Source: a bacterium (lineage in GTDB: Bacteria; Patescibacteriota; Gracilibacteria; UBA4473). From it: DNA of 64,000 nucleotides. The notes beneath the pieces are model-generated. The model saw only the letters and a list, made by a program, of their open reading frames with translations. It was not told the DNA's origin and did not search any database. Of this stretch, positions 18,361 to 27,410 are shown one piece after another; position 1 is the first letter of the stretch; every line of letters begins with the position of its first letter. The stretch is taken from assembly GCA_018648585.1 (NCBI GenBank), contig JABGQW010000025.1, forward strand, positions 3,736 through 67,735. Direction: 5' to 3'. The position numbers were made by a program, and so were the translations under genes.

Positions 18361-19290
18361 ATGGAAAAGCAAAAACTTATCATCGTCGGTTCCGGTCCCT
18401 CCGGATTTACGGCCGCAATTTATGCAGCGCGCGCTGGATTGGCACCACTGGTTTTCGAAGGAAGCAATCCTGGCGGACAGCTGATGGGCACCAGCGAAGT
18501 AGAAAATTTCCCCGGATTTCCAGACGGAATTCTCGGCGCACAACTCATGGCCAACATGCGCACGCAGGCGCAGAAATTTGGCGCAAAAACCGAAATGAAA
18601 GTCATCGACCGCGTTGATTTTGATGATGCAGAAAATTTGAAATTATTCTCCGGCAGCGAAGAATTTGTCGCAGAATCGGTAATCATCGCAACTGGCGCGA
18701 GCGCTCGCTGGTTAAATTTGGGAAAAGGCGAAGAAAAATTCTGGGGAAAAGGATACACCGCATGCGCAACCTGCGACGGTGCATTTTTCCGTGGGAAAAC
18801 GGTCGCCGTGATCGGCGGAGGCGACACCGCGTGCGAGGAGGCACATTTTCTCACTCGATTCGCAGACAAAGTTTTTCAGATTTATCGCGGGCCACAGGAA
18901 AAAATGCGCGCCAGTTTGCCAATGCAGCAGCGCGTTCAAGATCACGAAAAAATCGAACTGATTTTCAACAAAACCGTCACCGAACTGCGCGGCGAACCGA
19001 TTTTGAAATCCGTGGAATTGACGGACACCGCCACCGGAGAAACTTCCGAACTCGAGCTCGACGGACTTTTTATGGCGATTGGCCACGATCCAAACACGAA
19101 GTTTTTGGGCGACTCGCTCGAACTCGAAAAAAATTACATCCGTCCGGTCGGTGCCGCGGGGACGAAAATTCCATCGGTTTTCGTCGCGGGCGACGTGGTG
19201 GATTTCCGGTACCAGCAGGCGATCACCGCCGCCGGACACGGCTGCCAAGCCGCGATGGATGCGGAACATTATTTGGGGAATAAAAGTTGA
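18361..19290 (+). CDS. trxB: thioredoxin-disulfide reductase
   Basis: GSGPSGFTAAIYAAR, redox-active CATCDG, GGGDTACEEA, GHDPNT. Start moved in-frame to MEKQKLIIVG. Confidence 0.94.
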   Translation: MEKQKLIIVGSGPSGFTAAIYAARAGLAPLVFEGSNPGGQLMGTSEVENFPGFPDGILGAQLMANMRTQAQKFGAKTEMKVIDRVDFDDAENLKLFSGSEEFVAESVIIATGASARWLNLGKGEEKFWGKGYTACATCDGAFFRGKTVAVIGGGDTACEEAHFLTRFADKVFQIYRGPQEKMRASLPMQQRVQDHEKIELIFNKTVTELRGEPILKSVELTDTATGETSELELDGLFMAIGHDPNTKFLGDSLELEKNYIRPVGAAGTKIPSVFVAGDVVDFRYQQAITAAGHGCQAAMDAEHYLGNKS

Positions 19291-19292
19291 AA

Positions 19293-19619
19293 ATGGAAAT
19301 TTCTTTCTTTAACACGGCAACAACCTCTCCAATTATGATTGGAATCATTGTTCTTTATTTTATTACATCGGCAATCACAACCTTCGATATTCGAATGATT
19401 CAAGCAAAACGAAATGGAACACTTTCGGTCGATGAACCACTTCTTCCCGATTGGGTTAAATTCATTTTTTGGATTGATTGGGCTCTTTTTCTCGGATTAA
19501 TCTTCTTGAATTGGAAATTTGCAATTTTAATTTTCATTATTCGTTTTATTTTAAAATGTCTCCCTGTTTTAGAAATAATCGGAAACATTTTAATGTCTCC
19601 GTTCAGTCCAAAAAAATAA
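19293..19619 (+). CDS. small membrane protein
   Basis: Hydrophobic ~108-aa ORF with ATG 2 codons into the tracked TTG ORF. Follows trxB closely. Confidence 0.5.
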   Translation: MEISFFNTATTSPIMIGIIVLYFITSAITTFDIRMIQAKRNGTLSVDEPLLPDWVKFIFWIDWALFLGLIFLNWKFAILIFIIRFILKCLPVLEIIGNILMSPFSPKK

Positions 19620-19652
19620 CTCATTTCCACCAAAATCTCGCCGAAAAAGAGA

Positions 19653-19696
19653 GAGTCCGGGCTTGACCCGCTGCTCAGTTCGCCAAGCCCGGACTC
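19653..19696. terminator. 13-bp stem hairpin between convergent genes
   Basis: GAGTCCGGGCTTG-18 nt-CAAGCCCGGACTC, followed by a T-rich run on the minus strand (comM side). Confidence 0.6.
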
Positions 19697-19743
19697 CCGC
19701 CACCAGAAATAATCAAATCCCAAACTTTTCACAGTCCCAAAAC

Positions 19744-21267
19744 TCACTCATCTTTCCGCTCGCGGTACTGGATCGCCTCCGCGACGTGCGCGATGGAAAT
19801 ATTTTCTTCATCGGAAAGATCCGCGATCGTTCGCGCCAGTTTCAAAATTCGGTAAAACGCGCGTCCAGACAGATTCATCTGCTGCACCGCTGACTTCAAA
19901 AGTTCCTGCGAATCCTCGCCGATCTCACAATATTTTTTGACAAATGGCGAACTCATCTCCGCGTTCGTTTTTATTTTTTCGTTTTGAAATCTGGAATTCT
20001 GCCGATCCCGCGCCGCCTGCACGCGCGCCCGAACCGTCGCAGAATTTTCGCCCTCCGTCAGTCCGGACAATTTTTCAAACGGAATCCGCGGCACCTGCAC
20101 GTGCAAATCGATGCGATCGAGCATCGGTCCGGAAATCCGGTTTCGGTACCGAAAAACCTGATGAACACCACAACTGCACGGTTTTTGTGGATCACCATAA
20201 AATCCGCACGGACACGGATTCATCGCTGCGACCAGCATAATTTGCGCGGGAAATCGGTGCGATCCAGAACTGCGCGAAACTGTGACGACACCGTCTTCGA
20301 GCGGCTGGCGCAGTGTTTCCAGCGTTTTTTGTGGAAACTCGGGAAGTTCGTCGAGAAATAAAACACCGCGATGCGCGAGCGAAATTTCTCCTGGGCGCGG
20401 CGGATTTCCGCCACCGACGATCGCCACTCCACTCGCCGTGTGGTGCACCGCGCGGAACGGTCGCTCCAGCGCGATCGGATTTTTTTCAGAAGTGAGCCCC
20501 GCGATCGAGTGCACTTTTGTGATTTCGAGCGCTTCGGTGACCGACAGTTTTGGCAAAATTGTCGCGAACGCCTGCGCGAGCATCGTTTTTCCCGAACCGG
20601 GCGGCCCGTTCATCAGCAAATTATGTCCGCCAGCGGCAGCAATTTCGAGCGCACGTTTTGCGTGTTCGTTGCCGCGGATGTGCGAAAAATCGTGTTCAAA
20701 TTTCGTCGGAAATTCTCGATCCGACAGCGAGTGCGGCGGATGCGACTGTAAAATTTTTTCTCCAGAAAAATGATCGCACGCCTCGCGTAAATTTTTCAAA
20801 CCAAAAACTTCGATCGACTCGATCAACGCAGCTTCGGCGGCATTTTCGTCCGGAACAAAGATCTGCTCAAATCCACGCTCGGCAGCCGTCGCCGTCGTCG
20901 GCAAAATCCCCGGAATCGACCGAAGTTCGCCCGTGAACGCAAGCTCGCCGAGAAAAATTTTCTTTTCATCCGTCGGCAGCGAAAGCTGTCCCGTCGCGTG
21001 CAAAATTCCCAGCGCGATCGGCAGGTCAAACCGCGGCCCGTGTTTTTTGAGATCCGCCGGAGCGAGATTCACGACAATTTTTTTGCGCGGAAAATCGTAC
21101 CCAGAATTTTTGATCGCAGAGCGCACTCGTTCGCGCGCCTCCTGCACCGCCGCGTCCGCCAACCCGACAATCGAAAAACTCGGCAATCCGTTGTGCAAAT
21201 CCACTTCGATTTCGACTTCCTCCGCGTCCAGCCCGAGCAGTGTCAGCGTTTTGAGTTTTGCGAGCAT
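19744..21267 (-). CDS. comM: ComM/YifB Mg-chelatase-like AAA+ ATPase
   Basis: N-terminal Lon-protease-like domain, Walker A GPPGSGKT, LFLDELPEF, and cysteine cluster CPCGFYGDPQKPCSC. Confidence 0.92.
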   Translation of the reverse strand: MLAKLKTLTLLGLDAEEVEIEVDLHNGLPSFSIVGLADAAVQEARERVRSAIKNSGYDFPRKKIVVNLAPADLKKHGPRFDLPIALGILHATGQLSLPTDEKKIFLGELAFTGELRSIPGILPTTATAAERGFEQIFVPDENAAEAALIESIEVFGLKNLREACDHFSGEKILQSHPPHSLSDREFPTKFEHDFSHIRGNEHAKRALEIAAAGGHNLLMNGPPGSGKTMLAQAFATILPKLSVTEALEITKVHSIAGLTSEKNPIALERPFRAVHHTASGVAIVGGGNPPRPGEISLAHRGVLFLDELPEFPQKTLETLRQPLEDGVVTVSRSSGSHRFPAQIMLVAAMNPCPCGFYGDPQKPCSCGVHQVFRYRNRISGPMLDRIDLHVQVPRIPFEKLSGLTEGENSATVRARVQAARDRQNSRFQNEKIKTNAEMSSPFVKKYCEIGEDSQELLKSAVQQMNLSGRAFYRILKLARTIADLSDEENISIAHVAEAIQYRERKDE

Positions 21268-21310
21268 CGACCAGAAGTGTGTCAGAGATTTGAGATTTTT
21301 TCAATATTTT

Positions 21311-21338
21311 AAAAAACCGTACAACCGCACGGTTTTTT
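21311..21338 (-). terminator. intrinsic terminator
   Basis: AAAAAACCGT-acaaccgc-ACGGTTTTTT downstream of the 84-aa gene. Confidence 0.6.
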
Positions 21339-21355
21339 GTTTTTTCAAAATTTGT

Positions 21356-21610
21356 TCAATTCCGTCGGACCAAATAACGTTTTACTACGACAATAATCAC
21401 CGGAATCACCAAAAGTAAAACTGCCAATATTATCCAGCCCGTTCCATCGAGAACCTTGAAATAAATTCGAATCGAAATAATCACCGCAGAAACGGCGCAA
21501 ATCGCGAAACAACCCCTCCAGATGCTTTTAAGTGTTTGTTCTGGAATCATGGCATATAAAAAAGCCAAACATGTAGAAATCGCCGCTAAAACTATAGAAA
21601 ATATTTCCAT
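21356..21610 (-). CDS. small membrane protein (2-3 TM)
   Basis: 84-aa hydrophobic ORF followed by a terminator. Confidence 0.5.
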   Translation of the reverse strand: MEIFSIVLAAISTCLAFLYAMIPEQTLKSIWRGCFAICAVSAVIISIRIYFKVLDGTGWIILAVLLLVIPVIIVVVKRYLVRRN

Positions 21611-21736
21611 TTTTTTCCTCCTAGGATTTTTGTGAAAGAACAGATTCCTGACAGAGGAAATCCATTCTTTCGATTAAAAAACAAATTTACACACTCTGTC
21701 ACAGTTGTTTTTAAAATTTCTTGCAGGATCCGTCAA

Positions 21737-22042
21737 CTAAAACGGCAAATCCTCCACCGCGGCGAAATCCCCACCAGGTGCTGGCGCGGCTTTTGGTGCA
21801 GATGGTACTGGGGCTGCGCTACGTTTTGACGGATCTGGTTTCCACGTGTCCACAACCAAATAATGCGTCATCCCGCTCGCACTCGGCGCTCGGCGTTCCA
21901 AAACATTTGCGTTGACCCAACCGTTGTCGAGATTTTCCTTCAATTTTTGAAGATCTGATTCCGAAAGACTCAGTTTGATCATTTCTCCGTACTGTGTCTG
22001 AATTTTTTTTGCGTTGCCGCAGTACACTTTTTCGTCTGCCAT
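21737..22042 (-). CDS. small protein ending in an SSB-like acidic tip (..AAVEDLPF); candidate ssDNA-binding or SSB-mimic protein
   Basis: 101 aa: a compact N-terminal domain, a Pro/Ala linker, then C-terminal EDLPF. Confidence 0.45.
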   Translation of the reverse strand: MADEKVYCGNAKKIQTQYGEMIKLSLSESDLQKLKENLDNGWVNANVLERRAPSASGMTHYLVVDTWKPDPSKRSAAPVPSAPKAAPAPGGDFAAVEDLPF

Positions 22043-22139
22043 TTTATTTTTTTGAAAAAATTACACGCGAAGTGTACCGAGTTCTGAAAATTTTTCGAAC
22101 TCTTTTTCAAACTTTTTTCCAGCAATTCTCAATTCTCCC

Positions 22140-22410
22140 ATTTCACATTCCCAACTCGAGTAGAAATCCATTTTCAAAACTTTTAACTCGAAACTCTGAA
22201 CTCTCAACTTTCTGAAAAACCTCCGGCAGGAATGAATTTTAAAATACTTGATTGGCTCGCTCCACTCGCCAATCTTCGAACATTTTTTGTTTTTAAAAAA
22301 CTTTAAACTCTGAACTCTCAACTTTTAACTTTTTAAAACTTTCTCTCAATTCCCCCTGACAAGGAGGCGAGGGGGTTGTTTTTTTTGAAACGATAAACCC
22401 TAAACTTTTC
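22140..22410. repeat. partial or degenerate copy of the modular intergenic repeat family
   Basis: Contains CATTCCCAACTCGAG..AAATCCA, AACTCTGAACTCTCAAC heptamers, and CCCCCTGACAAGGAGGCGAGGGGGTTG followed by a T8 run. Confidence 0.7.
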
Positions 22411-22414
22411 GCTC

Positions 22415-23395
22415 TCAAATTTTTTCCCGGCAACTCTCGGCCCAGCTTTTATTTTTTTGGTACCACTCGATCGTCAGCGGCAACGCCTGCTCAAAAGTGT
22501 GTGCCGGCGTCCACCCGAGTTCGCGCTGAATTTTCCCCGCATCGATCGCGTACCGTCGGTCGTGCGCTTTTCGATCCGTGACAAATTCGAGTTTTGAAAT
22601 TGAGCCCGTGGTTTTCAAAATTAAATCCGTGATTTCCAAATTTGTTTTTTCGTTGTGGCCGCCGATGTTCCAGATTTCGCCCGGCGCGGATTTTTCAAAA
22701 ATCAAACGAATCGCCTCGCAGTGATCCCGCACAAAAAGCCAGTCGCGGATATTTTTTCCGTCCCCGTACACCGGCAAATTTTCGCCATTCATCGCGCGAA
22801 ACAGAAAAAACGGAATCAATTTTTCGGGAAACTGGTACGGCCCGTAATTATTCGAACACCGTGAAATTGTCGCGTGCAATCCGTACGTGCGGTGCCACGA
22901 CTGCACGAGCAGATCCGCCGAAGCTTTTGCCGCGGCGTACGGACAATTGGGATCGATGGCTGTTTTTTCCGTGAAAAAATCTGACGAATTATCGCCGAGA
23001 TCTCCGTACACTTCGTCCGTCGAAACCTGGTGGTAGCGCGAAACTTCGTATTTTCGACACGATTCCAACAACGTGTGCGTCCCGACAAAATTGGTGCGAA
23101 TAAATGGCGACGAATCCTCAATCGAGCGATCCACGTGCGTTTCCGCTGCGAAATTAATGACGCCGTTGAATTTTTCGGTTGCAAAAAGTTCGTCGACAAA
23201 TTTTGCGTCTGAAATATCGCCCTGCGCAAATTTGTACCGAGAATCATTTTCAATTTCAGATAAATTTTCCAAATTTCCCGCATACGTCAGCAAATCTAAA
23301 TTTACGACATGCCAATCTGTTTTTTCGAGCGCGTGGTGAATAAAATTGGAACCGATAAATCCCGCGCCACCCGTGACCAATATTTTTTGTGCCAT
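22415..23395 (-). CDS. rfbB: dTDP-glucose 4,6-dehydratase
   Basis: GGAGFIGSNF Rossmann motif and catalytic YAAAKASAD (YxxxK). C-terminal region is typical of RmlB. Start moved in-frame to MAQKILVTGG. Confidence 0.92.
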   Translation of the reverse strand: MAQKILVTGGAGFIGSNFIHHALEKTDWHVVNLDLLTYAGNLENLSEIENDSRYKFAQGDISDAKFVDELFATEKFNGVINFAAETHVDRSIEDSSPFIRTNFVGTHTLLESCRKYEVSRYHQVSTDEVYGDLGDNSSDFFTEKTAIDPNCPYAAAKASADLLVQSWHRTYGLHATISRCSNNYGPYQFPEKLIPFFLFRAMNGENLPVYGDGKNIRDWLFVRDHCEAIRLIFEKSAPGEIWNIGGHNEKTNLEITDLILKTTGSISKLEFVTDRKAHDRRYAIDAGKIQRELGWTPAHTFEQALPLTIEWYQKNKSWAESCREKI

Positions 23396-23479
23396 TCTGC
23401 CACGCACGGTAGCAAATTTCCAAAAATCAGACAAAAAATCTGCTTGCATTTTGAACTGAAAAAAATAAACTCACGCTCG

Positions 23480-23554
23480 CGCCGCCATAGCTCAGTGGTA
23501 GAGCACATCCATGGTAAGGATGGGGTCTTGAGTTCAAATCTCAATGGCGGCTCC
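23480..23554 (+). tRNA. tRNA-Thr (anticodon GGU), CCA encoded
   Basis: Hand-folded cloverleaf: acceptor GCCGCCA/TGGCGGC, D arm GCTC-AGTGGTA-GAGC, anticodon arm CATCC-ATGGTAA-GGATG, T arm TTGAG-TTCAAAT-CTCAA. Confidence 0.9.
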
Positions 23555-23606
23555 ACAAAACTTTTCAGAGAAAAACTCTCGTTCGTTTTTTTGGAGTTCG
23601 AAAAAA

Positions 23607-25235
23607 TCAACGCGATTCCAGCATTTTCAATTTTTGCGCTGCGGGCGCAAATCGCGGATTGAAATGCAGCGCGTTTTTCCACACCGTTTCCGCCAGGTCC
23701 AACTTGCCCACTTCTTCGTACAAATTCCCCAGCTCAAAATGCGCCGGCGCATAAAACGGGTTGTATTTGAGTTCGGTGAGAAATTCTTTTTCCGCTTCGG
23801 CGTATTTTTTTTCCAATCGCAACAACAGTCCCAAATTCATGTGCGCGAGTGGTTTGTCTGGTTTGATTTCAATCGCTTTTCGAACTTCACGCGTCGCGTC
23901 CGCCACGCGCCCGACAGAAAAATACGACGCGCCCAAACTGTTGTGCGCTGCCGCAAAATTTGGCGAACTTTCTGCTACTTTTTCCCAGTACGAAACATTA
24001 TTTGAAAACGCGCCGATGTACTGCCACGACGCAAAACTCGCCGCAACAAAAATCGCACCCACGATCGCGCACTGCGCTCGAAGTGAAATTTTTTGAGAAA
24101 TAACACGTGCCAGTTCGAGAAAAACCAGCATCGTCCCGATCAACGGAAAATACAGCCGATTTTCAACAAAAAACTTACTTTCATTTGCGGTCGCCGCAAT
24201 AAAAGTTGGGAGCAAAAACAAAAGAAAAATCGCACCGCCCAATCCAAGCTTTCGCCAATCAAATTCGCGTCGCCAGAGAAAAAACAAACTTCCCAAAACC
24301 CCCATCGCCACGAACCCCGGAACAAATGTCATGTCGGATAAAATTGCGTACGGAGCGAACGAAACCGGAAGAAATATTTTTCCAAAATGCGGAATCACGG
24401 CTGGCAAATTGTGCCACACCGATTCGAAATTGTGGACAGAAAAAAGCGCGCCCGTTTGCAGCCCCTCGATGTCGATGCTGATCGCCGCTCTTCGCGCAAA
24501 ATACCAAATCGGAATCACCACCGCCCACGTGAGAATTAAATATTTTTGAAGTGGGAAAAAGATGTTTTTTTTACGCCACCACCACATCGCCAACAAATGC
24601 ACCGCCGGCAAAACGATCGCCACTTCTTTGGAAAAAAATGCCGCCAACAACGTCAATCCGTACAGAAAAATGCGCCCCGGCGTTGTTTTTTTTTCAAGAT
24701 GAAATAATGCGAGAAAACTCAGCAACGCAAAAATCGCGAACAAACTGTCCACTCGCGCGGGAATCCAACCAACCGTCTGCGTCACCGCCGGATGCACGGC
24801 GAAAAAAAGCGCGACAAAAAAAGCGAGCGTTCGCTGTTTTGTAAATTTTTGAAGAAACTGAAATAACACGCCCACCGCGAGCAAATGCAGCAACAAGTTT
24901 GTGAAATGGAACGACGCGTACGGCCACGTCGGAATTTGCCAGTGCGCGTCCACGACGTACGAAATAATTTCGAGCGGTCGGTACAGTGCGCCACCTGGCT
25001 GATCGCCGCGAAAATTGTCGAGCGAAAATGTTTCAATCACGCTGCGCCACTGGCTCAAAAAATGCATCGAATCGCCGATCAATTTATTGTCATCGCAAAA
25101 CACAAGATCAAATCCGATCGAGCGTCCAAAAACCAGCGCCACTGCGAGCGCAAACCAAATCCAAACACGCGGCCCGTGGATCAATTTTGAAAAGTTCATC
25201 GACGAAATTTTGCCAATTTTTTTGCAGAAAAGCAA
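23607..25235 (-). CDS. polytopic membrane protein with C-terminal TPR repeats (PMT/ArnT-like glycosyltransferase architecture)
   Basis: About 10 hydrophobic segments followed by TPR-like AHNSLGASYFSVGRVADA..AIEIKPD..AHMNLGLLL...AHFELGNLYEEVGK. Start may be Met-13 (25199). Confidence 0.7.
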   Translation of the reverse strand: MLFCKKIGKISSMNFSKLIHGPRVWIWFALAVALVFGRSIGFDLVFCDDNKLIGDSMHFLSQWRSVIETFSLDNFRGDQPGGALYRPLEIISYVVDAHWQIPTWPYASFHFTNLLLHLLAVGVLFQFLQKFTKQRTLAFFVALFFAVHPAVTQTVGWIPARVDSLFAIFALLSFLALFHLEKKTTPGRIFLYGLTLLAAFFSKEVAIVLPAVHLLAMWWWRKKNIFFPLQKYLILTWAVVIPIWYFARRAAISIDIEGLQTGALFSVHNFESVWHNLPAVIPHFGKIFLPVSFAPYAILSDMTFVPGFVAMGVLGSLFFLWRREFDWRKLGLGGAIFLLFLLPTFIAATANESKFFVENRLYFPLIGTMLVFLELARVISQKISLRAQCAIVGAIFVAASFASWQYIGAFSNNVSYWEKVAESSPNFAAAHNSLGASYFSVGRVADATREVRKAIEIKPDKPLAHMNLGLLLRLEKKYAEAEKEFLTELKYNPFYAPAHFELGNLYEEVGKLDLAETVWKNALHFNPRFAPAAQKLKMLESR

Positions 25236-25237
25236 TC

Positions 25238-26014
25238 TCAGTCTCGCGGCGCGGGGCGAAAATTTTTCGGTGCTCGCGACTCCGGACGCGGCGGACGATT
25301 CTGTTGAAAATCAGGATTCCACGGAACGATACGCGTGGCAGAAAATTCAGTTTTGGAAACCGGTTCTCCGAGCATTCGAATTTTTTCACCCGAAGAAATT
25401 TCTGTTCCTGAACGAATTTTTGCTTTTGAAAAATCAACTTCCCAGATTTTTTGAGAAAAATCTTCAAGAATCAAAATCGTGTCATCCGAAATTTTTAAAA
25501 TTTCTCCCGCGAGCGCGCCCATTTCTGGATTTCGCCACACGCGCTGTCGCGTCCGCTCGACACCGGAATAAAATGGAACATTTTCTGCTGCCATTTTTTC
25601 CATGTGTTCCACCATCACGTGCCGATGCAACAGCACGCCGCCAGCGATTTGAACAAAAAGTAACGAGCACATCCACACCCAAACCGGAATTTTGTACGCG
25701 CGCCCGGTCCGTCGGACGAAAAAATTTGTCAGCCACCACAGTGCGGCAAACGCGCCGATCCAAAAAATCGGCAAACTCAGCGCAAGCAGTTGAAAAATTG
25801 CGCCCGGGCGTGGTCCGTGCATCATTTCTGGCATGTCCAAAATCCGCCCCGAGTGGATCGTCCCCGCCGCGGCGAGAACTCCAAATCCGAGAAATGCCAG
25901 CGCCCCGACAAAAATCGCCGCTCGGCGGAGCAAAAATTCCCACCGCGCCCGCGGACGCAGACCACGATTTTTAATTTTTTTGAGAACGGAACCGGTCGTT
26001 TTTGAGAATGTCAT
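25238..26014 (-). CDS. membrane protein, putative anti-sigma factor
   Basis: Starts 4 nt after the ECF sigma stop. Several TM helices. Assignment is by position only. Confidence 0.45.
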   Translation of the reverse strand: MTFSKTTGSVLKKIKNRGLRPRARWEFLLRRAAIFVGALAFLGFGVLAAAGTIHSGRILDMPEMMHGPRPGAIFQLLALSLPIFWIGAFAALWWLTNFFVRRTGRAYKIPVWVWMCSLLFVQIAGGVLLHRHVMVEHMEKMAAENVPFYSGVERTRQRVWRNPEMGALAGEILKISDDTILILEDFSQKIWEVDFSKAKIRSGTEISSGEKIRMLGEPVSKTEFSATRIVPWNPDFQQNRPPRPESRAPKNFRPAPRD

Positions 26015-26018
26015 TTTT

Positions 26019-26585
26019 TTAAAATTGCGTGTTGGTGCGCTGCGCGATTTCGCGAAACGATTTTTTTGCACGAGAAACCAGCGTCGCGATCGTGCCCATC
26101 GGTTTTTTCAAAATATCGGAAATCTCGGTGTACGACAAATCGTCGTAAAATTTCAGAACCAAAATTTCGCGATATTTTTTTGGAACCTGCGCCAAAATCT
26201 GTTGAATTTTTTTTCCTGAAAGTTTCACGTCCAAGTCCAGTACAAAATCTGTTTTTTCTGGCAACGAAACCGTTTCGTCAAATTCAACTTCGGTGTCGTG
26301 GCCGCGCGATCGAAACCATCGAAACCGGGAAATTGTCTCGTTGTGCGCGATGCGATAAATCCAGCTGCGGAACGCAACACGCCCGTCAAAATCGTTGAGA
26401 TTTTTCCAAACTTTGAGAAAAATATCCTGCAAAATTTCCTCGACCGTTTCTGGGCAAAAATTGGAAATTCGCCGAATGTACGCCGCAAGTCGACGATCGT
26501 ACCGATCCATCAGCGGCGCAAAAAAATCCACGTCCGCGCGTGCTTTTTCGACGAGTTGTTCGTCCGAAAAATTTTGAATTTTCAT
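26019..26585 (-). CDS. ECF-type RNA polymerase sigma-70 factor
   Basis: Region 2 (WIYRIAHNETISRFR) and region 4 HTH (DLSYTEISDILKKPMGTIATLVSRAKK). Start moved in-frame to MKIQNFSDEQL. Confidence 0.88.
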   Translation of the reverse strand: MKIQNFSDEQLVEKARADVDFFAPLMDRYDRRLAAYIRRISNFCPETVEEILQDIFLKVWKNLNDFDGRVAFRSWIYRIAHNETISRFRWFRSRGHDTEVEFDETVSLPEKTDFVLDLDVKLSGKKIQQILAQVPKKYREILVLKFYDDLSYTEISDILKKPMGTIATLVSRAKKSFREIAQRTNTQF

Positions 26586-26702
26586 GCCACACAGTCGTAA
26601 AAAATTTCGCCACCAAAAGCAAGTACGCACCGGAGAAAATTTTCTTTCAAAAAAACCCCGCTGTTCTTCGCGGGGTTTTTTGTTGGAAATGAATTTTTGA
26701 AA

Positions 26703-27314
26703 TTATTCTGCGACTGAGTCCCGCATTCCGCGGTTTTGGAAATTTTTTCCGCGACCGTCGCGTCCTGTTTTTTCACCACCATTCATTCCTTTTTTTCCAC
26801 GATTCATTTTTTCTCCCGATTCCCACTGCGCGGCTCGCTCCTGAATTTTTGAAACTTCAGCTGCGTCGTCCGAAGTAATTGTGATCTGCACTCCGTTCGC
26901 CGCCAGTTCAATTTCGCGATTCGCATTTTCGTGCTGCGGACGATCGTCGTTTTCAGAAAAACGAGATTTGTGCTCCTGGATTTTTGAAACCACCGCTGCG
27001 TCCGTCGAAGAAATTGTTTTAATCACTCCGTTTGAAATATTTTCAATCGAACGCGTGACAGAATTTTGCATCGTTTCGTGTTCTGCCTGTCGTTCTGCGC
27101 GACGAGTTTCCATCGCGGTTTTGAACGATTCGAAATCTCCGCTGAGAAAAAGTTGTTTCATTTCGTCGAAATGTTCCTGCGTCATTTCTGGGCGATTTCC
27201 GTTTTCGCTGTCGTGTCCGCCGAAAAATGCGTCTGCCGTCGGAACAACCAAAAGAGAAAGTGCGAGCGCGGTGCTCGCGATGCCGATGCCGAGTTTTGAA
27301 GTTTTCATTTTCAA
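26703..27314 (-). CDS. secreted hypothetical protein with an internal duplication
   Basis: Signal peptide MKMKTSKLGIGIASTALALSLLVVPTADA. Repeats NGVIKTISSTDAAVVSKIQEH and NGVQITITSDDAAEVSKIQER. Confidence 0.6.
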   Translation of the reverse strand: MKMKTSKLGIGIASTALALSLLVVPTADAFFGGHDSENGNRPEMTQEHFDEMKQLFLSGDFESFKTAMETRRAERQAEHETMQNSVTRSIENISNGVIKTISSTDAAVVSKIQEHKSRFSENDDRPQHENANREIELAANGVQITITSDDAAEVSKIQERAAQWESGEKMNRGKKGMNGGEKTGRDGRGKNFQNRGMRDSVAE

Positions 27315-27410
27315 GAAAGTTAAAAAGTTGAAATTAAAGCGGAAGTGGCCAGCTTCACCCGATGATACGCGGCGACGAAATTTTTTCTTTCAAAATTTTT
27401 TGAAAAAATC

